From an uncultured Ectothiorhodospiraceae bacterium (GTDB taxonomy: Bacteria; Pseudomonadota; Gammaproteobacteria; S012-40), in the NCBI GenBank assembly GCA_945787125.1, contig CALZHW010000001.1:8323-72322 (forward strand): a stretch of DNA of 64,000 nt, given 5' to 3'. A program made the translations under genes and the position numbers. Below, piece by piece: positions 10,457 to 19,462 of this stretch. Numbering within the stretch: position 1 is the first letter of the stretch; every line of letters starts with the position of its first letter. The notes below the pieces were generated by a model. It saw nothing but the letters and a program-made list of their open reading frames with translations. It was not told where the DNA came from and searched no databases.

Positions 10457-10992
10457 ATAATTTGGTAACCAACAACACTGAAACAACAGCAAACCTTGAC
10501 CAGAATGTTCTATTGAGTTTTCTGGATCACACTGTATTACAGATTTCACAGGCTCACAGTGCAGAAGAAGTAGATCTTTTGATGGATGACTTTTTATCGC
10601 ACGATGTCATTAATATTTTCAGAAACAACAGTGAAATGTTTAGTTTATTGAATGCTGTATGGCTAAACACCTTCAAACGTATATTTATTGAACAACGATC
10701 TGACAGTTTTCCATTAAAAGTATTGTGGCTACCGTTATTGTTCAATGACTTTGGATGGGAAATTGAAGACATAGAAACCTTTGAAAGTGCCAATATGTGT
10801 TTTCAAAGCCAACACCTTGATCAATCTGATCTCTATAAGCACCTGGTAGAATTATTTATGAATGGTTTAAAGTTCAACCCTCAGGTTTCATTCAACTTAT
10901 TCAAAAAACGCTTGGATAATTTGAAGCTATCAAATTCAGACCAAACCAAAGTTAAGACATTGATACAAGAAATTGAAGAACTTGGTTGGTGA
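10438..10992 (+). CDS. hypothetical protein
   Basis: 184-aa ORF overlapping the previous gene by 19 nt. No recognisable motifs. Last gene of the plus-strand island. Confidence 0.3.
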   Translation: MRATKMNNLVTNNTETTANLDQNVLLSFLDHTVLQISQAHSAEEVDLLMDDFLSHDVINIFRNNSEMFSLLNAVWLNTFKRIFIEQRSDSFPLKVLWLPLLFNDFGWEIEDIETFESANMCFQSQHLDQSDLYKHLVELFMNGLKFNPQVSFNLFKKRLDNLKLSNSDQTKVKTLIQEIEELGW

Positions 10993-10996
10993 TTTA

Positions 10997-11173
10997 TTCA
11001 AAAATTACTTCCCTTAATCAGCGCTCGTAGTGGCAAGGCCTTATCGAGAGTGTTGGCAGCATGGATGCTGCCGTCAAGCCTACACGGATGTACTCACGGC
11101 GTCTCACGATAAGGTTTTGCTACTACGAGCGCTGGAAGGTGGCACTTTTGCAACTTTGAAGTCCGATTGTGAG
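10997..11173. repeat. Family-A MITE-like element
   Basis: cccttaatcagcgctcgtagtggcaaggccttatcgagagtgttggcagcatggatgctgccgtcaagcctaca...ttgaagtccgattgtgag. Left TIR degenerate. Confidence 0.75.
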
Positions 11174-11260
11174 TAGTTAAATTTCGATGACGGGAATTAT
11201 TGGGAGTATCTCTGAGTTGAAAAACGATGACTGGGCTAATTCACACTGCACGTTTCTTAT

Positions 11261-11566
11261 TCAATAACGCGCATATTCCTGAGCTGCTTTTTTACTAATT
11301 TTTGATTGTTTGAGATTATTTAAGCAATTATTCTTTTCAATATTACCCAATGTCTCAATTAAATAATTCGCTTCAATAGTTTCAGCGAGTTTTTTACCAA
11401 TTTCATTTTCACTATCGTTTTCTGGGCGGCATAAGCGCATTTTCTCTAACCATTCAGCGCGCTGCTGCTCCACCTCGAGCAGTTTTTCCCAATCAGCTGA
11501 TTGAGCGTACCCTAACATTTCAAATGTCAGTTTATGAACTTGTGATACTACTTGAGCGTAGGTCAT
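11261..11566 (-). CDS. fliT: flagellar export chaperone FliT-like protein
   Basis: 101-aa acidic helical protein directly downstream of fliS, the position FliT occupies in Pseudomonas and Vibrio. No strong motif, so the call rests on context. Confidence 0.45.
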   Translation of the reverse strand: MTYAQVVSQVHKLTFEMLGYAQSADWEKLLEVEQQRAEWLEKMRLCRPENDSENEIGKKLAETIEANYLIETLGNIEKNNCLNNLKQSKISKKAAQEYARY

Positions 11567-11596
11567 TTAATCATTAAAACTCACTATAGGTTATTC

Positions 11597-12046
11597 TCAA
11601 TCAACGTTCTGGGACAGTTTCACAGAATCCTCTTGAGTGTGTTTGTTAGTCGTCAATTCATCCGGAATTGCCTCCCAGGCTGACTTTACAGTTAGCAACA
11701 AACTCGATGCTTCATCTAACATTTCTTCACTGTTATTAGCGTTGGCTTCAACCAAACGCCGCTCTATATAGTCATATAGATTATTCAGATTATCAGCAAT
11801 CTCGCCGCCTTGATCTGCATTCAGACTTAGCCGAAGTCCTTCAACTATGGATATTGCCCAGCTTATGTAGTTGCCTTTATTTGCAATTTCTCCACGCTGC
11901 ATATAACCTTTTGCAGAAGATATTTTCTCCAGGGCACCATCAAGCAACATGCTTATGAGCCGATGTGGACTCGCATAGGAAGCGCCCGACTGAACGCTAA
12001 CTTTACCGTATTCTTTTAACGCACTCTGCACTTTGGCAGCACTCAT
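11597..12046 (-). CDS. fliS: flagellin-specific export chaperone FliS
   Basis: 149 aa, GASYASPHRLISMLLDGALEKI... a typical four-helix FliS. Located downstream of fliD. Confidence 0.8.
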   Translation of the reverse strand: MSAAKVQSALKEYGKVSVQSGASYASPHRLISMLLDGALEKISSAKGYMQRGEIANKGNYISWAISIVEGLRLSLNADQGGEIADNLNNLYDYIERRLVEANANNSEEMLDEASSLLLTVKSAWEAIPDELTTNKHTQEDSVKLSQNVD

Positions 12047-12092
12047 ACTTTACCCCTTTATGATCAAAAATCTCTACGATCTAGCCGTGAAA

Positions 12093-14111
12093 TTAATTTT
12101 GCCTTGCTCCCGGAAGAGACGCTAACTGGTTTTGTAAAAAACTACTCGTAGTATTGAGTTGTGCGACTAAGGAATCCATGGCACTAAACTGTTTAATATA
12201 ACGAGCTTCTATCAATGTGAGCCTTTCTTCCAACTTCTGTCGCTGCGCATTAATATCGTTTATTGAGGCATTCAAACCGTCAGTTTTGCTGTCTAGCAGG
12301 CCATCACTTTCAAGAAAACTGTCAATTAAACGGCTTAATTGCGACATTTTCCCTTCTTTGACGGTGATACTGGTAAACAAACTATCACTGCCTGTACCTG
12401 CGGCTCCGCCATTGATTTCCAGCTGGAAGCCAGCAAATATTCCTGAACCGGTCAATATATTACCGTTCAGTGTTGCCTCTTGGCCACCTATTGTCGCTGT
12501 TCCATCTACTCCGGGGATGCCTGCAATGCTCGCTTGCATTGATACTTCGGTAAAATCTTCAACTATTGCCACTGCTGAAGATACACCGTAGACACTTGAT
12601 ACAATGTTTAACTGGCCGTTATTGGTGCCAGAAAAAAAACTTGGATTAACGGTTACACTTTTACCACTGGCCACTAAATTGCTATCAGCATTAATTAAAT
12701 TTTGCAGATCAGCGGAAAAAGCACTTAAGGCATTTTCACTCGAAAGCGAACCACCAGCACCATCATCAAAATAGTTTTTATTAATCGATATGGAGTTTGA
12801 ATTAACACCATCTACGGCAATTTTAAAATCAAACGGCCCACCCGTACTAAAATTCAAATTCGATGCCGCAAAGTTATTACCAGTCCAACTACCCTGTTTT
12901 GGTTGTTGACCAACCTCTACATTGTATGATCCAGCACCAATATTATCGGTTATGCTGAGAATATTAATATCATTATTGGTACTACTAGACTTACCACCGG
13001 CTAAGAGATGTTTTACGGCATCAGGCTCGGTCTCTAAAGCGGCATTAAATTTATCACTATCAAATTCCAGCGTGCCATCGCGCGCAGTGAGGATACCAAG
13101 ACTGGCAAAGGAATTATATTTTGAAAACGGATCATTTGATGCTGAAGTATTCAGCACATTTCTGACCTGCGATACAATACCACGTACCGTTGCATCACCA
13201 ATCAGTATCCCAGAATTACCGGTTTCCTCATTATAAAATGAGGCCGTATTTAGCGTTTCCATCAAACCATTGAAACCATCAACAAACCCTTGCACTGCTT
13301 CTTTTACACCAGAGTCATCTTTCTCTATAGTGAGTTTTTCGGTTGTTGTGCCGGCAGACTTAAGGTCTAGTGTTACATTTTCGATAATATTGGAAATATT
13401 ATTCGTCTGACTGGTTATTGATACACCATCAATAGTTAGCAAGGCATTCGAGGATGCCTGAGTTTCTTTCAGATTAGCGCTTGCAAAAGCGCTTAAATCA
13501 CCGGTTGTTGAGGATGCTGTAATGCTTAAATTGCCTTCTTCACCCGTTTTTGACGTTATCACTAATTGATAGGCACTACCGTCATATAATACATTGGCCG
13601 TAACACCAATGTTTTTATCATTGATAGAGTCTCGGATGTCTAACAAACTGCCTTCATTTATATCAACCGTATGGGAAATACCTGTGGCATTATCAATATC
13701 GCCCTGAAATTCAAATGTCAGCGTTCCAGTTCCCATTGATAGGGTTTTATCACTTATGCCAGGTGGGGCAACATCAGTTTGTAGTTTTTGTGCGGCTGCA
13801 ATCGCATCGATTTCAATATCATAGGATGATACATCGGCGCTTCTGCTGGCGGTCGCGGTGAACATAGTGTCATTACTACTTGATGCAAAGACTTTACTAA
13901 ATGAGGAAGTGAGTTTTAACTGACTAAAGGTGCCTTGGAAATCGGATAAAGCACTTTTCATTGTGCTATACATCGAAAGTTTGGCTTGGTACTCTGTTTC
14001 TCGACGATCATAACGAGCGGACTTAGCAGCGCCCTCAGCTTCTATTAAACTGGACACTAAACCCTTAATATCAAGTCCTGAGCCAACGCCGAGAGATGAT
14101 ATAGCTGCCAT
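12093..14111 (-). CDS. fliD: flagellar filament capping protein FliD (HAP2)
   Basis: 672 aa. Conserved N-terminus SSLGVGSGLDIKGLVSSLIEAE and C-terminus QFSAMDSLVAQLNTTSSFL are typical of FliD. Confidence 0.85.
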   Translation of the reverse strand: MAAISSLGVGSGLDIKGLVSSLIEAEGAAKSARYDRRETEYQAKLSMYSTMKSALSDFQGTFSQLKLTSSFSKVFASSSNDTMFTATASRSADVSSYDIEIDAIAAAQKLQTDVAPPGISDKTLSMGTGTLTFEFQGDIDNATGISHTVDINEGSLLDIRDSINDKNIGVTANVLYDGSAYQLVITSKTGEEGNLSITASSTTGDLSAFASANLKETQASSNALLTIDGVSITSQTNNISNIIENVTLDLKSAGTTTEKLTIEKDDSGVKEAVQGFVDGFNGLMETLNTASFYNEETGNSGILIGDATVRGIVSQVRNVLNTSASNDPFSKYNSFASLGILTARDGTLEFDSDKFNAALETEPDAVKHLLAGGKSSSTNNDINILSITDNIGAGSYNVEVGQQPKQGSWTGNNFAASNLNFSTGGPFDFKIAVDGVNSNSISINKNYFDDGAGGSLSSENALSAFSADLQNLINADSNLVASGKSVTVNPSFFSGTNNGQLNIVSSVYGVSSAVAIVEDFTEVSMQASIAGIPGVDGTATIGGQEATLNGNILTGSGIFAGFQLEINGGAAGTGSDSLFTSITVKEGKMSQLSRLIDSFLESDGLLDSKTDGLNASINDINAQRQKLEERLTLIEARYIKQFSAMDSLVAQLNTTSSFLQNQLASLPGARQN

Positions 14112-14188
14112 GTTTACCTCGATACGGTTATTAATTCATTATAATGCGCTATGCAGTCCTGCACCTACACTTACACCTAACTGAATAA

Positions 14189-14204
14189 GGCAAATTTCGC
14201 GCCA
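14189..14204 (-). promoter_or_regulatory. candidate sigma-54 (-24/-12) promoter for fliD-fliS-fliT
   Basis: Reverse strand reads TGGCGCGAAATTTGCC, i.e. GG-N10-GC with correct spacing, about 65 nt upstream of the fliD ATG. Confidence 0.4.
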
Positions 14205-14344
14205 TTCAATAAGTTTGTTTGATTTACATTCTTGGTTTATCGATATGCTGTCAATTAAACATTCGTGCATTGGTGAATGTCTTGATTTCAAATGTTTACA
14301 TGTAACTCTATATTTATTCTTACAACACTATTTCGGCTAAAGAA

Positions 14345-14378
14345 AAAGGGCGGAATCTAACTTCCGCCCTTTTTTAAT
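14345..14378. terminator. rho-independent terminator downstream of flagellin gene 1 (bidirectional hairpin)
   Basis: aaaaagggcggaatctaacttccgcccttttttaa: 8-bp GC-rich stem (gggcggaa/ttccgccc) followed by T-run. Readable on both strands. Confidence 0.6.
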
Positions 14379-14380
14379 TT

Positions 14381-15823
14381 TTAACCTAACAGACTCAATA
14401 CATTTTGTGGAATTGAGTTTGCCTGAGCTAACATTGCTGTACCTGCTTGTTGCAGGATTTGCGAGCGTGTTAACTCAGCGGTTTCTACCGCAAAGTCAGC
14501 ATCACGAATTCGCGATCGAGCAGCACTCAAGTTTTCAATGCTTGTTTCCAAGTTAGATATGGTCGATGAAAAACGACTTTGCAAGGCACCAAACTTCGCT
14601 CGCTGACTACTCACTTGGGAAATTGCCGAATCAACCGTTGATAAAGCAAGGTTTGCTCCAGCAACAGTACTGACATCCAAATCAGCCACTTTCTGCAGTA
14701 CAGCTGTTTCAGAAGCCGTTGACAATACAAGAGATCCAGCACCTGTTGCAACAAAAGCTTTATCAGAATCAAATGTCACCTGGCCGGTCACATAGGCAGT
14801 ATCCGCAGTAGCATCCGCCGTTAACGTTGCAGCCCCGCCTGTGGATGTAACCGTTACATCACCTGCATTGGTAAACGTGGTATCTTGAAGATCAATATCT
14901 TTGCCGGCAAAGTTAGTTAAAGCAATTCCAGATCCGTCTTCCTTGATCGTTGCAATAACACCCGTTTTTGCTTGCTGATCATTGAATGCATTAACCGCTT
15001 GCGATAATGCATCGGTTCCAGAGGTCGCATCAATGTTAAAACTAACATCTACTGCCGTACTATTCTCTGACGCTAACGAAAAACGGTAAGTTCCTGCCGC
15101 AGCAAACGTCACGTCAGTTGTTGTTTGCGCGCTAGCTTTAACGCCGGTTTGATCAATTTTTAGATTAACCGAAGCCGCAATATCTTCTGCACTTGCACCA
15201 GCAGCAAAATCAATCGAGGATGTACCACCTGCGCCACTAACCTGAATGGAGCCTGCAGCAGCAATACGAGAGGCTGCAGCTGCACTACTATCATCACCGC
15301 TGAGACGATAATTACCATATTGTTGCGTTTTAAAGTTTGCCGTTGTCGCAACGATAGTCTCATTGGCATTTGCACCCACTTGAAATAGGGCTGTACCAAA
15401 AGTACCATCTAACAACTTTTGACCGTTAAATTCAGTCGTTTTTGCCAAACGATTCAACTCGGACGTTAACTCACCCACCTCTAATTGTAGTGCAGCACGA
15501 TCCGATGCTGAGTTAGTTGCGTTCGCTGATTGCACAGCTAATTCACGCACTCGTTGCAGAATATTTCCTGCTTCGGTTAATGCCCCTTCAGCCACCTGTG
15601 AAAGTGAAATACCATCGTTGGCATTTCGTGAAGCAACGGTCAACCCACGAACTTGTGAAGAAAAACGCTCAGAAATTGCCAAACCAGCGGCATCATCTTT
15701 TGCGCTATTGATACGCAAACCAGACGATAAACGCTGCAATGAAGTCGACAAGCTGCTCTGAGATTTATTTAAATTTCGTTGAGAATTCAACGACATAACA
15801 TTAGTATTGATCATTTGAGGCAT
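14381..15823 (-). CDS. fliC: flagellin (filament subunit), copy 1
   Basis: 480 aa with conserved flagellin D0/D1 termini ([50 protein letters not shown]...; C-terminus ...[29 protein letters not shown]) and a variable Ala/Thr/Ser-rich centre. Confidence 0.9.
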   Translation of the reverse strand: MPQMINTNVMSLNSQRNLNKSQSSLSTSLQRLSSGLRINSAKDDAAGLAISERFSSQVRGLTVASRNANDGISLSQVAEGALTEAGNILQRVRELAVQSANATNSASDRAALQLEVGELTSELNRLAKTTEFNGQKLLDGTFGTALFQVGANANETIVATTANFKTQQYGNYRLSGDDSSAAAASRIAAAGSIQVSGAGGTSSIDFAAGASAEDIAASVNLKIDQTGVKASAQTTTDVTFAAAGTYRFSLASENSTAVDVSFNIDATSGTDALSQAVNAFNDQQAKTGVIATIKEDGSGIALTNFAGKDIDLQDTTFTNAGDVTVTSTGGAATLTADATADTAYVTGQVTFDSDKAFVATGAGSLVLSTASETAVLQKVADLDVSTVAGANLALSTVDSAISQVSSQRAKFGALQSRFSSTISNLETSIENLSAARSRIRDADFAVETAELTRSQILQQAGTAMLAQANSIPQNVLSLLG

Positions 15824-15937
15824 TTGTATGCACTCCTAAACCCGCTCGAAATGCTAGTGTGCACTCAGCACATCTCGAGGTTGTATTCAGCGGATATATT
15901 TCTGCACATTACGAAATATTCACCGCTCCCATGATTT

Positions 15938-15964
15938 TTATCGATCAAAGAGAATTTAACTTGA
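15938..15964 (-). promoter_or_regulatory. candidate sigma-28 (FliA) promoter for flagellin gene 1
   Basis: Reverse strand reads TCAAGTTA-N11-ATCGATAA (consensus TAAAGTTT-N11-GCCGATAA), about 105 nt upstream of the ATG. Confidence 0.35.
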
Positions 15965-15989
15965 ATACAAATTGCCGGTTTTTGGTAAA

Positions 15990-16215
15990 ACGTTGCCGCT
16001 TTGAACTACTAGGAGCAATTGTCGACGAGTCCATGGATGGATGAAGGTACGAATCCATGGATGGATGAAGGTAGAACAATGCAGGAGCAATTGTCGAGAA
16101 CAATGCACTAGGGCAGGACGCCCATAGGTACGAGCCCATGGATGGGTGAAGGTAGAACAATGCAGGAGCAATTGTCGAGTATAACGCAGGAGCAGTTATC
16201 GAGGAGCAATTGTCG
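15990..16215. repeat. tandem direct-repeat tract between the two flagellin genes
   Basis: Motif AGGAGCAATTGTCGAG at about 16011, 16083, 16162 and 16203, with a degenerate copy at 16189. Motif CCATGGATGGATGAAGGTA at about 16031, 16055 and 16137. About 80-bp higher-order unit repeated twice. Confidence 0.6.
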
Positions 16216-16385
16216 AGAATGGAAGCTGTAGCAAGGGAAGTTCACAAGTGCAGTATTTTCGATCGTTTGAGCTTGAGCCCTAACTATCTACAGAAAACGA
16301 TCGAAAAATCTTTGCGAAACCAGCTTTCCGCGCAACTGCCAGGGTGCGGATGTACACACCCGTGCGATTGAGTGAATTCTATGGA

Positions 16386-16477
16386 CTCACAATCAGAGTT
16401 CAAAGTTACAAAAGTGCCGCCTTCCAGCACCCGTAGCGGAAGGTGGCACTTTTGCAAGTTCGAAGTCCGATTGTGAG
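16386..16477. repeat. Family-A element, short hairpin-only variant (92 bp)
   Basis: ctcacaatcagagttcaaagttacaaaagtgccgccttccagcacccgtagcggaaggtggcacttttgcaagttcgaagtccgattgtgag: only the outer palindrome is present. Lies 45 bp downstream of the flagellin-2 stop. Confidence 0.7.
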
Positions 16478-16523
16478 TTACTGAAAACTGTATGCACTAG
16501 AAGACAAACAACATTACTCTATG

Positions 16524-17969
16524 TTAACCCTGCAACAAGCTCAATACATTTTGCGGTACTTGATTCGCCTGAGCGAGCATCGCAGTGCCTGCTTGCTGTA
16601 AGATTTGCGACCTGGTTAACTCGGCGGTTTCTACCGCAAAGTCAGCATCCATAATTCGCGACCGAGCAGCGCTGAGATTTTCAACTGACGTTTCAAGATT
16701 AGAGATAGTAGAGACAAACCGGTTTTGCAAAGCACCAAACTTTGCCCGTTGTGAACTGATCTGCGCCAGCGCAGAATCAGCAATAGACAGCGCCAGATTT
16801 GCATTATCAACTGTACCAATATCAAAGTCCGCAACCTTCATTAAAATCGATGCGGATGAAGCCGCTGAGGCAACTATTGATGCAGTGCCCTGCATGGTAA
16901 ACGCTTTGGTTGAATCAAATGTTATGCGGCCAGATACGATTGCGTTATCTACTGTGGTATCTGCATTTAACGTGATTGATGAATTTAATGTATCAACAAC
17001 AACATTACCAGAATTTGCGAAATTCGTATCCTGCACAGTAATATTTTTACCCGCATGTTGGGTCAAAGAAATTCCGCTGCCATCATTTTTAACGGTAGCT
17101 ATCACCCCGGTTTTAGCTGAAGCATCATTAAATGCCGATGCGGCTATTGAAAGTGCTTCTATACCAACAGTATCTGAAATGTTAAACCCTATGGTTTCTG
17201 CAACGGCATTATCACCCATGATGCGCAAACTATATGATCCAGCCGCCGTAAAACTCAAATCAACCTCAGTAAAAGCTGAGGCAGTTACCGCGGTATTTTC
17301 GTTAACCAGGTTAATCGAGGTTGCGATGTCTTCTGCCGTATCAGTTGCTGCATAAGTGACTGTAGCAGTGCCACTGGAACCACTAATCGAAATCGAGCCA
17401 CCTGCCGCGAAACGACTTGCTGCAGCCACAGAATCATCAAAACCTTCAATACGATAATTGCCGTATTGTTGGGTTTTAAAATTTGCCGTAGTGGCAACAA
17501 TTGATTGATTGGCGTTGGAACCCACCTGAAATAACGCCGTGCCAAAGGTTCCATCAAGAATTTTCTGTCCATTAAACTCTGTTGACTTCGCAATCCGATC
17601 CAACTCTGCCGTCAATTGTGAGACTTCCAGTTGCAGCGCTTGCCGGTCGCTCGGAGAATTAGTCGCATTAAGTGACTGTATGGCTAACTCTCGCACCCGC
17701 TGCACGATATTGCCTGCCTCCTCCAACGCACCCTCGGCCACCTGGGACAGCGAAATACCGTCATTTGCATTTCTTGCAGCCATCGCCAGGCCTTTAATTT
17801 GCGAGGTAAAACGCTGCGATATCGCAAGTCCGGCCGCATCATCTTTTGCGCTATTAATTCGCAAACCTGATGACAAACGTTGCAATGATGTCTGCAACGA
17901 ACTTTGTGATTTATTTAAGTTGCGTTGGCTGTTTAAAGACATGATGTTAGTGTTGATAATTTGAGGCAT
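16524..17969 (-). CDS. flagellin, copy 2
   Basis: 481 aa, paralogous to copy 1 with conserved N- and C-terminal helices and a divergent central domain. Confidence 0.9.
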   Translation of the reverse strand: MPQIINTNIMSLNSQRNLNKSQSSLQTSLQRLSSGLRINSAKDDAAGLAISQRFTSQIKGLAMAARNANDGISLSQVAEGALEEAGNIVQRVRELAIQSLNATNSPSDRQALQLEVSQLTAELDRIAKSTEFNGQKILDGTFGTALFQVGSNANQSIVATTANFKTQQYGNYRIEGFDDSVAAASRFAAGGSISISGSSGTATVTYAATDTAEDIATSINLVNENTAVTASAFTEVDLSFTAAGSYSLRIMGDNAVAETIGFNISDTVGIEALSIAASAFNDASAKTGVIATVKNDGSGISLTQHAGKNITVQDTNFANSGNVVVDTLNSSITLNADTTVDNAIVSGRITFDSTKAFTMQGTASIVASAASSASILMKVADFDIGTVDNANLALSIADSALAQISSQRAKFGALQNRFVSTISNLETSVENLSAARSRIMDADFAVETAELTRSQILQQAGTAMLAQANQVPQNVLSLLQG

Positions 17970-18072
17970 AATACTCTCCAGAATATTTCATGCTCTGTAA
18001 GATTTCATTAAAAGAAAACACACTTTTAGAAATACTGCAGAGTTTAATTTTTACAATGGTTTTTGTAGTTAA

Positions 18073-18090
18073 TTGCAACCATCTTGCCAA
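18073..18090 (-). promoter_or_regulatory. candidate sigma-54 promoter for flagellin gene 2
   Basis: Reverse strand reads TGGCAAGATGGTTGCA (GG-N10-GC with a perfect -12 TTGCA), about 90 nt upstream of the ATG. Confidence 0.45.
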
Positions 18091-18161
18091 CTAATAACTC
18101 TTGCCGCTTTAGGCATTTTTCTTCCGCTTAAATGCGCCACTACACTTCATTCACTTAAAAA

Positions 18162-19460
18162 TTATAAATAGTTAAACAATGATAGATTTTGTATTTTGGC
18201 ATAGGCTGATTGAGCGGCTTGCAAGCCGGTTAATTGCAAATTCAAGCGTGTTATTGCTTCAGCATAATCAAGATCTTCTATACTGGAAAGCGTGGTTTTC
18301 ATTTGCAAGGTAAAAGACTCGTTGATTTCCAACTGTTTGTCGACTGTATTCATCCTGGCACCAATCCGTGCACGCACTTCCAGTACCCGTCCGATACCTT
18401 GATCAATGTCAGTAATTGATCGATTTATCTTATTATGAAAAGCGGCCAAATCAGACGATGTCGATTGCGGGCCTCGCAAAGCATCAATGAAATTCTGTAC
18501 AGTGCTAAAAAGACTTTGATTGTTACTAGGTTCAATTGTAAAAATATCTTGTTCTAATGGTGGGCCTGCAGCAGCAGTCGGACTACCCGTAATATTAACT
18601 TTCACCCCTAGCTCATCAAGCCCCGCAATAACAGCACCTTCTTCATACACAACTCCCGCAAAGGCGCCACCTAAAAAAGCAGCCTCCGCTAACCCAACTT
18701 GCACTGCGGGTTCGATGATAGTGTCATTGCCATCCAGCACATAGTATTCTACCGGATCTATATTACTGCCTGAGGCAGGTGGGATAAACTTGATTTTATA
18801 ATTATCAGCAACAAAGGCGCCTGAAATACTGCCAGGATCGATAATACCTGAGCCTTTGTTGTTCGCGTCATCCAATGTTTTAAACGTGCCATTACCATTT
18901 TTAATTGCTAAAAATGTATCTGATCCAGAGTCACCAACAGCAACCTGAGTCGATGAACCCACTTTTAAAAATCGTTGACCATTATCGCCATAGTAAGAAA
19001 AATTACCTACCCCATCAGCGTCGAAAGGCTTGGTTTTCCCCTGATAACCTGAGAATATATATTCTCCATTGCTATCAGCAGTATTTGCCAAAGAAACTAA
19101 TTGATCCAACAGTTGTTCAACTTCTTCAGCGACAAAAGCTCTGCTCTCTACGGTTTGACTATCGTTGTTTCCCAGAATCATCAACTCACGAATGCGTTGC
19201 ACCGCAACACCCACTCCCTGTAGTGTGCCTTCAGATAAACCCATTCGACTTTGTGCGAAACCGGCATTAGACTGGTATTGTTCATTTAGTCCAATATTTT
19301 CATCGAGATCCAGTATCCGTGTAGATCCATAAGGATCATCAGAAGGTGACAACAAGCGCTTGCCAGTTGACACTTGCAGTTGTGTATCACTTAATTTCTT
19401 TTGCTGCTCCAACATTGCAGAGACAGAAATTTGTGACATCAAAGTAGTTGATACTCGCAT
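18162..19460 (-). CDS. flgL: flagellar hook-filament junction protein FlgL (HAP3)
   Basis: 432 aa, N-terminus MRVSTTLMSQISVSAMLEQQKKLSDTQLQVSTGKRL and flagellin-like termini. Follows flgK. Confidence 0.85.
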   Translation of the reverse strand: MRVSTTLMSQISVSAMLEQQKKLSDTQLQVSTGKRLLSPSDDPYGSTRILDLDENIGLNEQYQSNAGFAQSRMGLSEGTLQGVGVAVQRIRELMILGNNDSQTVESRAFVAEEVEQLLDQLVSLANTADSNGEYIFSGYQGKTKPFDADGVGNFSYYGDNGQRFLKVGSSTQVAVGDSGSDTFLAIKNGNGTFKTLDDANNKGSGIIDPGSISGAFVADNYKIKFIPPASGSNIDPVEYYVLDGNDTIIEPAVQVGLAEAAFLGGAFAGVVYEEGAVIAGLDELGVKVNITGSPTAAAGPPLEQDIFTIEPSNNQSLFSTVQNFIDALRGPQSTSSDLAAFHNKINRSITDIDQGIGRVLEVRARIGARMNTVDKQLEINESFTLQMKTTLSSIEDLDYAEAITRLNLQLTGLQAAQSAYAKIQNLSLFNYL

Positions 19461-19462
19461 TA

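Noticed and set aside
11130-11150. TGGCAC-like motifs inside every family-A element (ggtggcacttttgcaac), which at first sight resemble sigma-54 -24/-12 promoters
   Set aside because: The spacing is TGGCAC-N4-GCAA, so GG to GC is 9 nt, not the 12 nt required for a sigma-54 promoter. Genuine correctly spaced sigma-54 sites were found separately upstream of flgB, fliD and flagellin-2.
15945-16171. Two overlapping minus-strand ORFs (71 aa each) with internally repeated peptide LHCSTFIHPW / YLHPSMDS
   Set aside because: They are generated by translating the tandem DNA repeats between the flagellin genes. The repetition is at the DNA level and no start or RBS context supports them.
15990-16215. 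Possible CRISPR array between the flagellin genes
   Set aside because: The repeats are irregular in length and spacing and have no unique spacers of uniform size. No cas genes are present in the window.
16585-17355. Long antisense ORFs inside flagellin, fliD, flgK, flgL and flgE genes (for example 16585-17355 + 256 aa, 12217-12591, 12922-13236, 18520-18744)
   Set aside because: These are shadow ORFs caused by codon bias in Ala/Ser/Thr-rich flagellar structural genes. The sense-strand products have unmistakable flagellar family signatures.
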